Assembly (NCBI GenBank): GCA_965238075.1
Contig: OZ250173.1
Coordinates: 448,001-512,000 of the forward strand
From: Candidatus Entotheonellaceae bacterium
Lineage (GTDB): Bacteria > Tectomicrobia > Entotheonellia > Entotheonellales > Entotheonellaceae
DNA: 64,000 nt
Reading direction: 5' to 3'
Positions 1 through 8,593 of this stretch are shown here, piece after piece. Below the pieces are notes generated by a model. That model worked only from the letters and a program-made list of their open reading frames with translations. It was not told the DNA's origin and did not search any database. Position 1 is the stretch's first letter. Every line of letters begins with the position of its first letter. Position numbers and translations under genes: made by a program.

Positions 1-468
1 CCACCTCCCGGTGGCCTGCGTTCAGCAGCCGGTGCACACGGACTGCATCGTGCGCGTTCCGGCCCGACCGGTAGGCATACTGCTCCGGTTGCTTCGGCCT
101 CGAAGATCGGCGACAACACCAACATCGTCTGCGACCCCGGTCCCGCAGACGGGATGCCCAACGGCCGGAATTTACCTTCGCGATGAGAACCTGCCGCGCT
201 CTCGGTCGGTAGGTCCCCGCCTTCAGGTCTCGCGCCAGTACTCCCAGCCATCGATCCACCCCGAACGCCTCGATGTCCGCCACCGTCTCGCCGTCAACAC
301 CAGCAGCGCCGCCGTTGCGACGGACTACCTGCCAGGCGACCGCAAGCACGTCTTCGCGCCACACCTTGTCGCTCAGAGAGTAAAACCGCAGGCTCGGAGC
401 TTCCTTCGCTTTCGCATGTAGCGCCGTCTGGAATCGCTGAACTTTCGCTGAGGCTGTTAGGTTCTCAC
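1..468 (-). pseudogene. ltrA: Group II intron reverse transcriptase/maturase N-terminal fragment, frameshifted
   Basis: Manual translation gives KVQRFQTALHAKAKEAPSLRFYSLSDKVWREDVLAVAWQVVRRNGGAAGVDGETVADIEAFG...DLKAGTYRP (RT0/RT1 region). The frame then breaks near the expected RPLGIP motif. Confidence 0.8.
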
Positions 469-743
469 CAGTCCCCACAACCGCCATCTCACCTTCCTCG
501 CCCGTCACTCACGCGGCGGGCATACTCCGCGTGCGGAATCTGGCCGCTGCCGGTCTCGAACATCGCCGCCGTCTGCGCCACCCCGGTCCCCAGACACGGG
601 ATGCCCAACGGCCCCTTCCCGTCTCGCCGTCAACACCAGCAGCGCCGCCGTTGCGACGGACTACCTGCCAGGCGACCGCAAGCACGTCTTCGCGCCACAC
701 CTTGTCGCTCAGAGAGTAAAACCGCAGGCTCGGAGCTTCCTTC
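283..743. repeat. 125-bp exact direct repeat (283-407 and 619-743) with degenerate flanking similarity
   Basis: CCGTCTCGCCGTCAACACC...GGAGCTTCCTTC occurs twice; 131-166 also resembles 575-613. Confidence 0.9.
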
Positions 744-1244
744 CGGCATTACCCGACTTCACCGGTACTACGAGCCTCTCCGCCACCCTGCCGGCCCGAC
801 TCGGCCCTCACGGGCTGTCGGTTGGCGCGTGCCACGCCACCAGCCAGGGCTTCCCGTGTTGTGTCCATTCCCCTGTTCCATGCGTGCTGCCGGCCAATAC
901 CCCGGCGGAACCCGTCGGTGCTTGCGTCGCTCGCTTCCCGACGGGTAGCAGCCTTCCCCGTTATCAGGGCGGGTCGGCTTCCGCATTATGGCTTTCGAGG
1001 CCTGCTCGGCGTTCACTCACGTTACGGCCCGCATGGTCGCTAAGCCGCCCTGGGCGGCCCGTTCCACCGGAGTGCTTCAGACGATATCGTTACCTCCATC
1101 ATCCGCTCCGACTGCTACCGGCTGGAGCGACAGTTGCCGGACGGGATTCGCACCCGCTGAAGAATGGCGCCTTTCACGGCGCACCCGATAAGCCCTTATA
1201 TGTCGCCTTCGGATGCGTTCCGGAGGCGTGGCTGGCAATTTCCG

Positions 1245-1568
1245 TTATTCACCCGCAGCCCTTTTTAACGCTTTCCAAATACGCCTTCCGACCGTCCAGA
1301 CAAACCACACAAGGAAGACACCGACTCCGAGCCCCCCGACGATGACCAGAACGTCAAGCAGATCATTCCGAAAGGCGGCTTGCCATCCAGCCTTGCGTAT
1401 CAGTTCTTCCACTGCCGCGTCGAGCTCTTACTCGGTCATGGGTTGTCTTTGTCCCCATTTCCATATCGTCCAGCCAGCCCACCCGAGAAAGCCAACGCCA
1501 CCGAGCGTCAAGAAGATGAACAGGTCGGAAAATGAAAAGGGCAAATTCCCCCTTGACCCTCGTTTCAT
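1245..1568 (-). pseudogene. Small two-TM membrane protein with in-frame TAA (or a 46-aa peptide)
   Basis: GGAGAGG RBS then ATG at 1568; 46 codons, TAA at 1430-1428, then 60 more open codons in the same frame to TAA at 1247-1245. Each half has a Gly/Trp-rich hydrophobic stretch. Confidence 0.4.
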
Positions 1569-1649
1569 GATCTGTTCCTCTCCCCTTGCCTTACAGGGTG
1601 CCGTATGTCGCCCGTGCCTACTCTGTCACGTTTAGGAGACTTTGGAGAG

Positions 1650-2054
1650 ATGATTGAAGACCCGAACCTTACACGTCAGATACTTGAGTACTTTGCCCAA
1701 GAGGATGTGACGTTCCCCGCCAACAAAATGGTGGAGGACGACCTCACAGAAGCATTCCCCAATGATGAACTCTCTCGCCTCGAATACCATGTGATGTGTG
1801 CCAAAGAAAACGGGCTTCTCATAGTAGACATCCGGGAAAACCCAATGATGGACGGTACGGTGTTCGTCTTCGGTTTCATCTCAGGGCTTACAGCCAAAGG
1901 CAGCGAATATGTCCGCGGGTCTCGTAGCAAGTACTGGGCCGAGGCATGGAAACAGATCAAGAGCAAAGGAATGGAGGTTACAACGAAGCTCTTGATCGAA
2001 GTAATGTTTAAGCTGATGTCGTCATCCCTGTCAGCCGCGCCCAACTTCGCATAA
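1650..2054 (+). CDS. DUF2513-like winged-helix protein
   Basis: Pattern DPNLTRQIL...LEYHV...GLL...GLTAKGSEYV...W resembles DUF2513; GGAG upstream; lower GC than core genes. Confidence 0.65.
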   Translation: MIEDPNLTRQILEYFAQEDVTFPANKMVEDDLTEAFPNDELSRLEYHVMCAKENGLLIVDIRENPMMDGTVFVFGFISGLTAKGSEYVRGSRSKYWAEAWKQIKSKGMEVTTKLLIEVMFKLMSSSLSAAPNFA

Positions 2055-2300
2055 GGCCCCAATATGTAAACTTTGCCATTGGCTGAAACCCGCATAAACA
2101 TTGGCCGAACCGCAAACGGCCCGGGATCGAGCTTATGCGCCCCACCGGAAGGAAGCATTCCCGGGAATTAAGGCAGGCATGGTGGGACGCGGAATTGGAT
2201 TTAGGAGCGTTTTGGCGGCCTGGGTGGGACACCGACACACAGTCCACAGCATTGCTCCGATACGCCTCGACAAAGAAAACCCTGCGCCGGATCAATCGGT

Positions 2301-3176
2301 TCAGATCGACGGGTAAAACTCGGGGCGAATGTACACAACACCTTTGCCCCAGTCGTAGGTCTTGACACCAACAGGCGGTTGGCTGCCAGGGCCGCAGAAG
2401 GTTTCGAGTTCGCGCTCGGTAACCAGCGGCCAGCGGTCGATAAGCTCGGCGGGGGTGGGGTCGGGACGCGGCGCGGCGGTCGAGCCGGGCACGGCATGCT
2501 CCATGGCTTTGATGTAATCCTCGAAGTCACACCAGCCGGGGACGGTGTGCTCACCGCCGGGACCGCGAAACAGCAGGGTCGGGAAGGCGTAGCGGTCGAG
2601 GCCGTCAGTCTGCTTCAGGTTGCCGATACCGGGCCAGTCGCCTTCAAGGTGCCGGACGTAATCGTTGGGACGGCGGGTTTCCTCACAATCCCGGCGATAG
2701 GCGTCGCGGGCTTCCTGGCCGGCGAGGTCGCGGGCGAAACGCTCGCGGTCAAGCCCTGGGGTGTCGCGGACGGCGTCGATGACGCGCTCGGGAGTGTCAG
2801 GCGGGCAGCCGAAGACAAACACCGCTTCCCGCATGCGGCGCAGGGCGTCACGCGCGATGGCTTCTCCCTGCAGGCGGGCGGCGCAAAATCCGATGCCGGC
2901 AGCCTCGCTGCCGCCGGGCGTCCAGCTGAGCGATACCGGGTATGGGCTGCCGGTATGACCAGCCACCACGGACCAGTATTCCGACAACCGAGGCGCACGG
3001 CCGACCGGATCCCAATTCGGCTTCTTGGTCAAATCGGCCACCAGGCCGCCCATCACCAGCCGCCAGTCGCAGCGGTCCTCGTAGCGCCAGCGCAGCAGCC
3101 GCAGTTTCGGTTCCGATCCCCAGGCCCACGAACACATCACGTCGGTGTACTCAACGACCTCCAAGCGCTGCCCCAT
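2301..3176 (-). CDS. DsbA/FrnE-like thioredoxin-fold protein
   Basis: N-terminal EYTDVMCSWAWGSEP and FPT cis-Pro loop; GAGGAG RBS before ATG 3176. Confidence 0.8.
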   Translation of the reverse strand: MGQRLEVVEYTDVMCSWAWGSEPKLRLLRWRYEDRCDWRLVMGGLVADLTKKPNWDPVGRAPRLSEYWSVVAGHTGSPYPVSLSWTPGGSEAAGIGFCAARLQGEAIARDALRRMREAVFVFGCPPDTPERVIDAVRDTPGLDRERFARDLAGQEARDAYRRDCEETRRPNDYVRHLEGDWPGIGNLKQTDGLDRYAFPTLLFRGPGGEHTVPGWCDFEDYIKAMEHAVPGSTAAPRPDPTPAELIDRWPLVTERELETFCGPGSQPPVGVKTYDWGKGVVYIRPEFYPSI

Positions 3177-3317
3177 TTCGGCTCTCCTCGCATCCATCGT
3201 CATCGCCGGTCCCGGTCTCCGAGCGGAGACTGTTTCATCGTGTGGCTCGCAGTGTAACGACGGTTTTGGCGCATGTCTATTTCTCGACCGACGCGCAAGT
3301 GCCCCGTTTTGGATTGA

Positions 3318-3356
3318 CCCCTCTCCCCAGCCCCTTCCTCGCGGATGGGGGAGAAG
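3318..3356 (+). repeat. Degenerate CCCCTC(A/T)CCCC-type REP-like palindrome
   Basis: CCCCTCTCCCCAGCCCCTTCC...GGGGGAGAAG resembles the copy at 34607-34644. Confidence 0.4.
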
Positions 3357-3468
3357 ACCGCAACGCGGGCAGTTTTACAAGCAGTCGCGTTGTATGCTAT
3401 GAACCCTGCGAACGGTTCCTGTTGTGGTTTATATCCTTCCCAATCCTGATGCGACTTTAGGAGATGCC

Positions 3469-4044
3469 ATGCCCCGTGTTACCCCAGTCCAACCCGAAGC
3501 CATGTCAGATGAACAGCGGGCGCTCTACGAGGCGATTTTGGGCGGCAAGCGCGGCCCCGGCATGCGCGGCGAGGACGGCGCCCTGATCGGACCGTTCAAC
3601 GCCATGCTGCTCAACCCGCACGTCGGCGACCGCGTGCAGCGGTTGGGCGAAGCGCTGCGGTTCGACATTTCGCTGTCGCGCAACGTCATTGAAGTGGCCA
3701 CGCTAGTGGTCGGCAGCCACTGGCGGGCGCAATTCGAGTGGTGGGCGCACGAGCGGCTGGCCAAACAGGCTGGCGTGTCGGAAGCGGTCATCGCGGCGAT
3801 CAAGCGCGGCGACTGCCCCGATTTCAGCAACGATGACGAAGCCGCAGCCTATGACGCGGCCAGCGAGCTGTACCGGACACAGCGGCTGACGGATGCGACG
3901 TACGCCAATGCCGTACAGCGCTTCGGCGAGGCAGGGGTGTTCGAGTTGATCGCCCTGGTGGGCTACTACAGCCTGATCTCCCTGCTTCTGAACGGCTTTG
4001 ACGTCCCCTTGCCGGCGGGCCAGACGACGCCGTTTAACGACTGA
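3469..4044 (+). CDS. Carboxymuconolactone decarboxylase / AhpD-like family protein
   Basis: GPFNAML, EVATLVVG...FEWWAH and ELIALVGYY motifs; AGGAG RBS. Confidence 0.85.
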   Translation: MPRVTPVQPEAMSDEQRALYEAILGGKRGPGMRGEDGALIGPFNAMLLNPHVGDRVQRLGEALRFDISLSRNVIEVATLVVGSHWRAQFEWWAHERLAKQAGVSEAVIAAIKRGDCPDFSNDDEAAAYDAASELYRTQRLTDATYANAVQRFGEAGVFELIALVGYYSLISLLLNGFDVPLPAGQTTPFND

Positions 4045-4070
4045 GCATCGGGCCGCAAGGCCAGGGAGGA

Positions 4071-5210
4071 ATGCGTATGGTGCTGGGCATTTCGGAGCAG
4101 TCCAAGAGCAGCGAAATCCACCTGATGCGGGCAACCCTGCATTACGACAACGGACGGCAGCGCGGCACCCCGGCCCTGGACAACGCCAGCCTGTGGATTC
4201 GCCGCGGGGAGACGGTGAGCGTGGTCGGTCCGACGGGTTGCGGCAAGTCGTCGCTGCTGCGTGTGGTCGCCGGACTCGAAAGGCCGGAAAACGGGGAGTT
4301 GACCTTTGACGGTGAAGACGTCAGCGCTTTCTCTCCTTCCCAGCGCTCCATCGGCCTGGTGTTTCAGACTTACGCCCTCTATCCGCATTTCAAGGTGCAC
4401 GGCAACATCGCCTTCTACTTCCGCCTGCGCCGCTGGAAGCCAGACGCCATCGACGTCAGGGTAATGGAGACGTCACGCATCATGGGAATCGGCTTTGAGA
4501 AACTCTTGGGCCGCATGCCGCGCAGTTTGTCCGGCGGCGAGAAGCAGCGCGTCGCTCTGGCGCGTTGCCTGAGTCACAGCCCCCGGGTACTACTGCTGGA
4601 CGAGCCGTTCTCGAACCTGGATGCGGCGTTGCGCCTGCAAACCCGCAGCGAGGTCAAGAAGCTGATCGACCAATTTGGCCTGACCACCATTTTCGTCACG
4701 CACGATCAGGGCGAGGCCGTGTCCATGGGCCACCGGCTGGCGGTCATGCGGCAGGGACGCATCGAGCAAGTAGGCACCTATCACGAGCTGTATCACGAAC
4801 CCGCCAACATGTTCGTTGCCGGCTTTCTGGGCAGTCCGCCCATGAGTTTCTTTCCCGCCCAGCGCTGGGGCGAGACTCTGACCTGTGACGTTGGCGGCAC
4901 CCTTCTTTCCGTGCCGCTCGCTTCCGGCCATCTCCACCGGCTGCCGGACGGCGCCCGCGTCTCCCTTGGCTGGCGCCCCGAACACCTGCGCCCTGCCGAC
5001 GCCGACGCATCCCCTGCCCTCCCCTGCATCGTCGACGCGGTGGACATCTCGCTCTCCGACGCTACCCAGCTTCTCCACCTGGTGCACGGCAACCGCACGT
5101 TCTGCGCCAAGACCGACCTGCAGAAACCGGTGCGCAAGGGCGAGACCCTGGGGCTGCACTTCGCGCCGCAGCACGCCTATTTCTTCGATCAGAACGAGAA
5201 CCGGCTGTAG
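4071..5210 (+). CDS. Sugar-type ABC transporter ATP-binding protein (MalK/UgpC family)
   Basis: Walker A GPTGCGKS, Q-loop VFQTYALYPH, LSGGEKQR signature, LLLDEPFSNLD and a C-terminal TOBE-like region. Confidence 0.93.
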   Translation: MRMVLGISEQSKSSEIHLMRATLHYDNGRQRGTPALDNASLWIRRGETVSVVGPTGCGKSSLLRVVAGLERPENGELTFDGEDVSAFSPSQRSIGLVFQTYALYPHFKVHGNIAFYFRLRRWKPDAIDVRVMETSRIMGIGFEKLLGRMPRSLSGGEKQRVALARCLSHSPRVLLLDEPFSNLDAALRLQTRSEVKKLIDQFGLTTIFVTHDQGEAVSMGHRLAVMRQGRIEQVGTYHELYHEPANMFVAGFLGSPPMSFFPAQRWGETLTCDVGGTLLSVPLASGHLHRLPDGARVSLGWRPEHLRPADADASPALPCIVDAVDISLSDATQLLHLVHGNRTFCAKTDLQKPVRKGETLGLHFAPQHAYFFDQNENRL

Positions 5211-5217
5211 GGACGAG

Positions 5218-5667
5218 CTAACTGGAGAAGGCGGTCGGTACCTGAATGGCGCCGTTGAAGAAGAGCTGGAAGGTCTGGCCGTAGCGGGCGAACAGGTCGC
5301 GGTTGAGGAAGTCGGGGGCGTCGATGTAGATGGGATCGTCGGGCAGGGCCAGATAGTTCAGGGTGTGTTGCAAATCCGGGCCTTTGTTCTCCTGGATGTT
5401 GCGGATCATCTCCTCCCAGGTGCCGAGCGTGGCCCGCATGGTAAAGTCAATCTCCGGCTGGGCGTCAGGCTCGCATGCCTCCACCGACTTGCAGCCATAC
5501 TCCTCAAATGCGAAAACGAGCAGTTGCGCCGTCTGGTCAGGCTCAGTGGGTTGGATTTCGACGGCCCAACGGACATCCGCGTATCCCAAACGTCTGTACG
5601 GCACGTCGTTTTCGTTCATCAGCCGTGCCAATTCCTGAAACCACTCGAGCGATGGGAACGTGAACAT
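5218..5667 (-). CDS. Hypothetical protein, SCP2 sterol-carrier-like
   Basis: FPSLEWF start and IDFTMRATLGTWEEMI resemble SCP2-like proteins; GGAGG RBS before ATG 5667. Confidence 0.65.
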   Translation of the reverse strand: MFTFPSLEWFQELARLMNENDVPYRRLGYADVRWAVEIQPTEPDQTAQLLVFAFEEYGCKSVEACEPDAQPEIDFTMRATLGTWEEMIRNIQENKGPDLQHTLNYLALPDDPIYIDAPDFLNRDLFARYGQTFQLFFNGAIQVPTAFSS

Positions 5668-5685
5668 CCTGCCTCCAAAAGACGC

Positions 5686-5711
5686 GAGGCAGGGGTCGAA
5701 ACCCCTGCCTC
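5686..5711 (-). other. Intergenic 11-bp hairpin with UUCG loop
   Basis: GAGGCAGGGGT-TTCG-ACCCCTGCCTC on the minus strand, between the ferritin-like and SCP2-like genes; no U-tract. Confidence 0.6.
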
Positions 5712-5735
5712 TTGACCTGCCGTTTGAAATCCTGA

Positions 5736-6809
5736 CTACAGTAGCGTGATGTCCTGGGCTTCCTTGAGGAGACAACGATCCTGCCGGTCGATGCCGATGG
5801 AATGGCAGCGTTGCAGATACTCCTGGACCATCTTCTTGCGGATGAAGGCGAATTTCTCCTTGCCCTTGTCCATGTGCTCGACACCGCCGCCGAGGAGGAT
5901 CAGGAGGGGCTCGACCTGCTCGGGGGTGGCGCCCAACTCCATGGTCCGCTGTTCGGCAACGTCCAGCGCCTCCTGAATTTCCTCGATGCGATCCGGGTCT
6001 TCCTGGATGAGGTAGCGCAACTGCAGGCAGCCGAAGGCAAGGTGGCGGGATTCGTCCTGAGCGCAGAGGCGGAAGATCGTCTTTTCCACCTCGTTTTGCG
6101 CAATGAGCTCACCGAGTCGGAAAAGGGTGAGGACGCGGCCCTCGCCGAAGAGATTCATACGGGCCAGCATTTGCGGGAAGGAACGCAAGTCATGGATGTA
6201 CTTGAGACCCTCTTCGACTTCCGGCGGGCATTTGCTCAAGCCGCCGCCATTGGCCAGGGCGCGTTTGCGGAACACCTCGAGATGACGCGCCTCGTCCATG
6301 ATCTGGGTGGCCATGAACAGCTTGGTTTCGTGGTACGCGTTGTTGACCTTGCTCAGCCACCAACCGGGTACGTCGCCGGCAACGAACTCCACCTCGGTGA
6401 GGAAGGTGCAGAGCTGCGACATGGCGTGTTCCATGTCCTTGGGGAGCGGCTCGAGGGTGTGCCACGGGATGTCGCGGGTGGAACTCCACTGTCGCGCCAC
6501 CGCCTCCTCATAGAGGCCGCCCATGTTCTGCGCCCAGGCTTCGGCGTCGGTGTTGAGCTCGTAGCCCATGTCCGGCAGTTCCGCGGGATCGAAATCGGCG
6601 CCGCGAGGGGCAAAGCTGAGAGAATCGCTGGCATTCTTGGGAATGACGCCGTATGAGCCGACATTGATGTCGTCAAGGGTCAGCCCGCGCTTGCCGGGTG
6701 TCGCTCTGACGCCCCATTCCGAGTTGACCTCCATCCATCCCAGGTCGTACTCGCCATTTTGCAACTTCTCTCGGTAAGCCTGAGAGCGCTCGCTGTACGC
6801 CATATCCAC
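5736..6809 (-). CDS. Ferritin-like di-iron carboxylate protein
   Basis: QWSSTRDIPW motif and paired E...DEARH / E...DESRH ligand sets; GGGAG RBS before a GTG start. Confidence 0.85.
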   Translation of the reverse strand: MDMAYSERSQAYREKLQNGEYDLGWMEVNSEWGVRATPGKRGLTLDDINVGSYGVIPKNASDSLSFAPRGADFDPAELPDMGYELNTDAEAWAQNMGGLYEEAVARQWSSTRDIPWHTLEPLPKDMEHAMSQLCTFLTEVEFVAGDVPGWWLSKVNNAYHETKLFMATQIMDEARHLEVFRKRALANGGGLSKCPPEVEEGLKYIHDLRSFPQMLARMNLFGEGRVLTLFRLGELIAQNEVEKTIFRLCAQDESRHLAFGCLQLRYLIQEDPDRIEEIQEALDVAEQRTMELGATPEQVEPLLILLGGGVEHMDKGKEKFAFIRKKMVQEYLQRCHSIGIDRQDRCLLKEAQDITLL

Positions 6810-6942
6810 CTCCCATTAAGCAGTCTGAGCATTTGACCGTTCGACGGGAAACATCCTATTCCCGCCCTCTTCGCAGGATTTTAAAAAATGGCCACGGCTT
6901 GGTATCAGAGAACCGTGCGAAAAGCAAACTGTTTTTTTCACA

Positions 6943-7947
6943 TCACGCTTCATTTGCCACCGGCCCCTCGACGGCCGATGCCACGGTCCAGGGCCGCGTC
7001 TGTTGGAACTCCGTGCTTCGTAACGAGCAGGGCGCCATTCGGCAGGACACACAATCCTTTGGCTGGCACGGGTCGAGATGGATGATGACGTCGCCCTGCT
7101 CGGGCTGCGAATCATGAATGACCTGCTCGACCTCTTCAATGATCTCGTGGCAGTGTTGCAGGTTCCAATAGCGCGGCAGGGTAAGGTGAAAATCGACGTG
7201 GAGGCGGGCGCCGGAACGCCAGGCGCGCAAGCAGTGTACGTCAATCCAGGGAATCTGGCGGCGCCTCTGCAGGGTCTCAACGATGTGCTCAAGGAGCGAC
7301 GGGTCAGCCTCATCCATCAAACGGGCCACGGCTTCGCGCAAAAGCCGGATTCCCATAATCAGGATGGAGACCGCAACGCCCAAGGCAACGACGGCATCCA
7401 GGATGTACCAGCCGGTAAGCCACACCAGCAGCATGCCCACGAGGATACCGGCACTGGTGTACGAATCTGACAGCAGGTGCTTGCCGTCGGCGATCAGGGC
7501 GAGGGACTGGATGCGGCGTCCGACGTTCTGTAGATACCAGCCGGTCAGGGCATTGACCACGCCGGCGGCCGCAATCAAGGCGATGCCCTCCGACAATTGG
7601 CTGAGGGGCTGTGGTGCCAGCAGGCGCGGCACCGCGTGCCAGAAGATGGCCACCGCGGCGACGACAATGAGCATGCCTTCCAGACCTGCCGAGAAGAATT
7701 CCACCCGGCCATGCCCGTAGGGGTGCGACGAATCCGGGGGGCGGGCACTGAGCATGATGCTGAACAACAGAAAGCCGCTGGCAAAAACGTTCACGATCGA
7801 TTCCAGCGCATCGGACAGCACGGCAGTGGAATCGGTCAGCCAGTAGGCCACAAACTTGACTGCCATGAGTACCACACCCACGCACAGGGCAAGTACCGCA
7901 ATGCGCCGGCTTCGGATTGATTCTGGTAGCTGGTTTGCGTCTTGCAT
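6943..7947 (-). CDS. Cation diffusion facilitator (FieF-like) transporter
   Basis: SDALES, HPYGHGRVE, ADGKHLLSD and C-terminal IHLDP; six hydrophobic segments. Confidence 0.93.
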   Translation of the reverse strand: MQDANQLPESIRSRRIAVLALCVGVVLMAVKFVAYWLTDSTAVLSDALESIVNVFASGFLLFSIMLSARPPDSSHPYGHGRVEFFSAGLEGMLIVVAAVAIFWHAVPRLLAPQPLSQLSEGIALIAAAGVVNALTGWYLQNVGRRIQSLALIADGKHLLSDSYTSAGILVGMLLVWLTGWYILDAVVALGVAVSILIMGIRLLREAVARLMDEADPSLLEHIVETLQRRRQIPWIDVHCLRAWRSGARLHVDFHLTLPRYWNLQHCHEIIEEVEQVIHDSQPEQGDVIIHLDPCQPKDCVSCRMAPCSLRSTEFQQTRPWTVASAVEGPVANEA

Positions 7948-8060
7948 GGCAGATCCTCATGATGAAAATAAAGCGACAGATTGTAACACGTCACCGTCGG
8001 GTTGGGGCGGATCGAGCGGCGGGGGCGGAGAAAATGACTTGACCCTTGAGAGAATGCGCC

Positions 8061-8090
8061 TTGACACGCTTTTTGGCTACGTAGTACATT
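8061..8090 (+). promoter_or_regulatory. Sigma70-type promoter upstream of the leuA leader
   Basis: TTGACA-18 nt-TACATT. Confidence 0.55.
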
Positions 8091-8593
8091 CTGCCTTCAT
8101 TCTTAAGCCTTCCTGAACAAACAGCATCAAGCTGGCGAGGTACCATGGATACCATGAGCAGTAACAGAGATACAGTTGGGCGCAGTGCTTCGGTGGCGCT
8201 TGCCTCCGGTGCGCAGTTGCGCCGGGTATCGCTGGAGCTCATGGCATCCGACATCCTTCTTTCCTCCCTTCCTTTGCAAAAGCACAATCGCTTTCCGGCT
8301 CACTGAACACCGGAAGCAACCATTCCTGATTTTTATGCGTTCCGTGCATCTGTTTCCGGCTCGACTTTCAATTTCAAGTTGTCTCCCTGCCCCGTATTTG
8401 GCGCGAGACGGGTTGGAACCCGCAACAAACAGGCCATATTGCCGTCGCTTGTGAAAACAACCAGAGGGGTAATCGCTGATGCAGAAAAGCGACGTTTCCG
8501 ATGCCACGTTGCGAGTTGGGAGGCAATCGCCGGGACGGGCATTCAAATGGTTCTGAATAAGCCAGCTACTACTAAATCTGGAGGAAGATCGTC

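Larger units (their letters stand above)
1..1184 (-). mobile_element. Group II intron, 5' part (ribozyme domains I-III and start of RT ORF); degenerate, continues past window edge
   Basis: Minus strand begins GTGCGCCGTGAAAGGCGCC at 1184, matching the canonical GUGYG 5' end. About 440 nt of structured non-coding sequence follows, then RT/maturase N-terminal motifs. Confidence 0.85.

Noticed and set aside
283..743. Diversity-generating retroelement template/variable repeat
   Set aside because: The core repeat is identical, lies within group II intron RT sequence and shows no adenine-specific mismatches.
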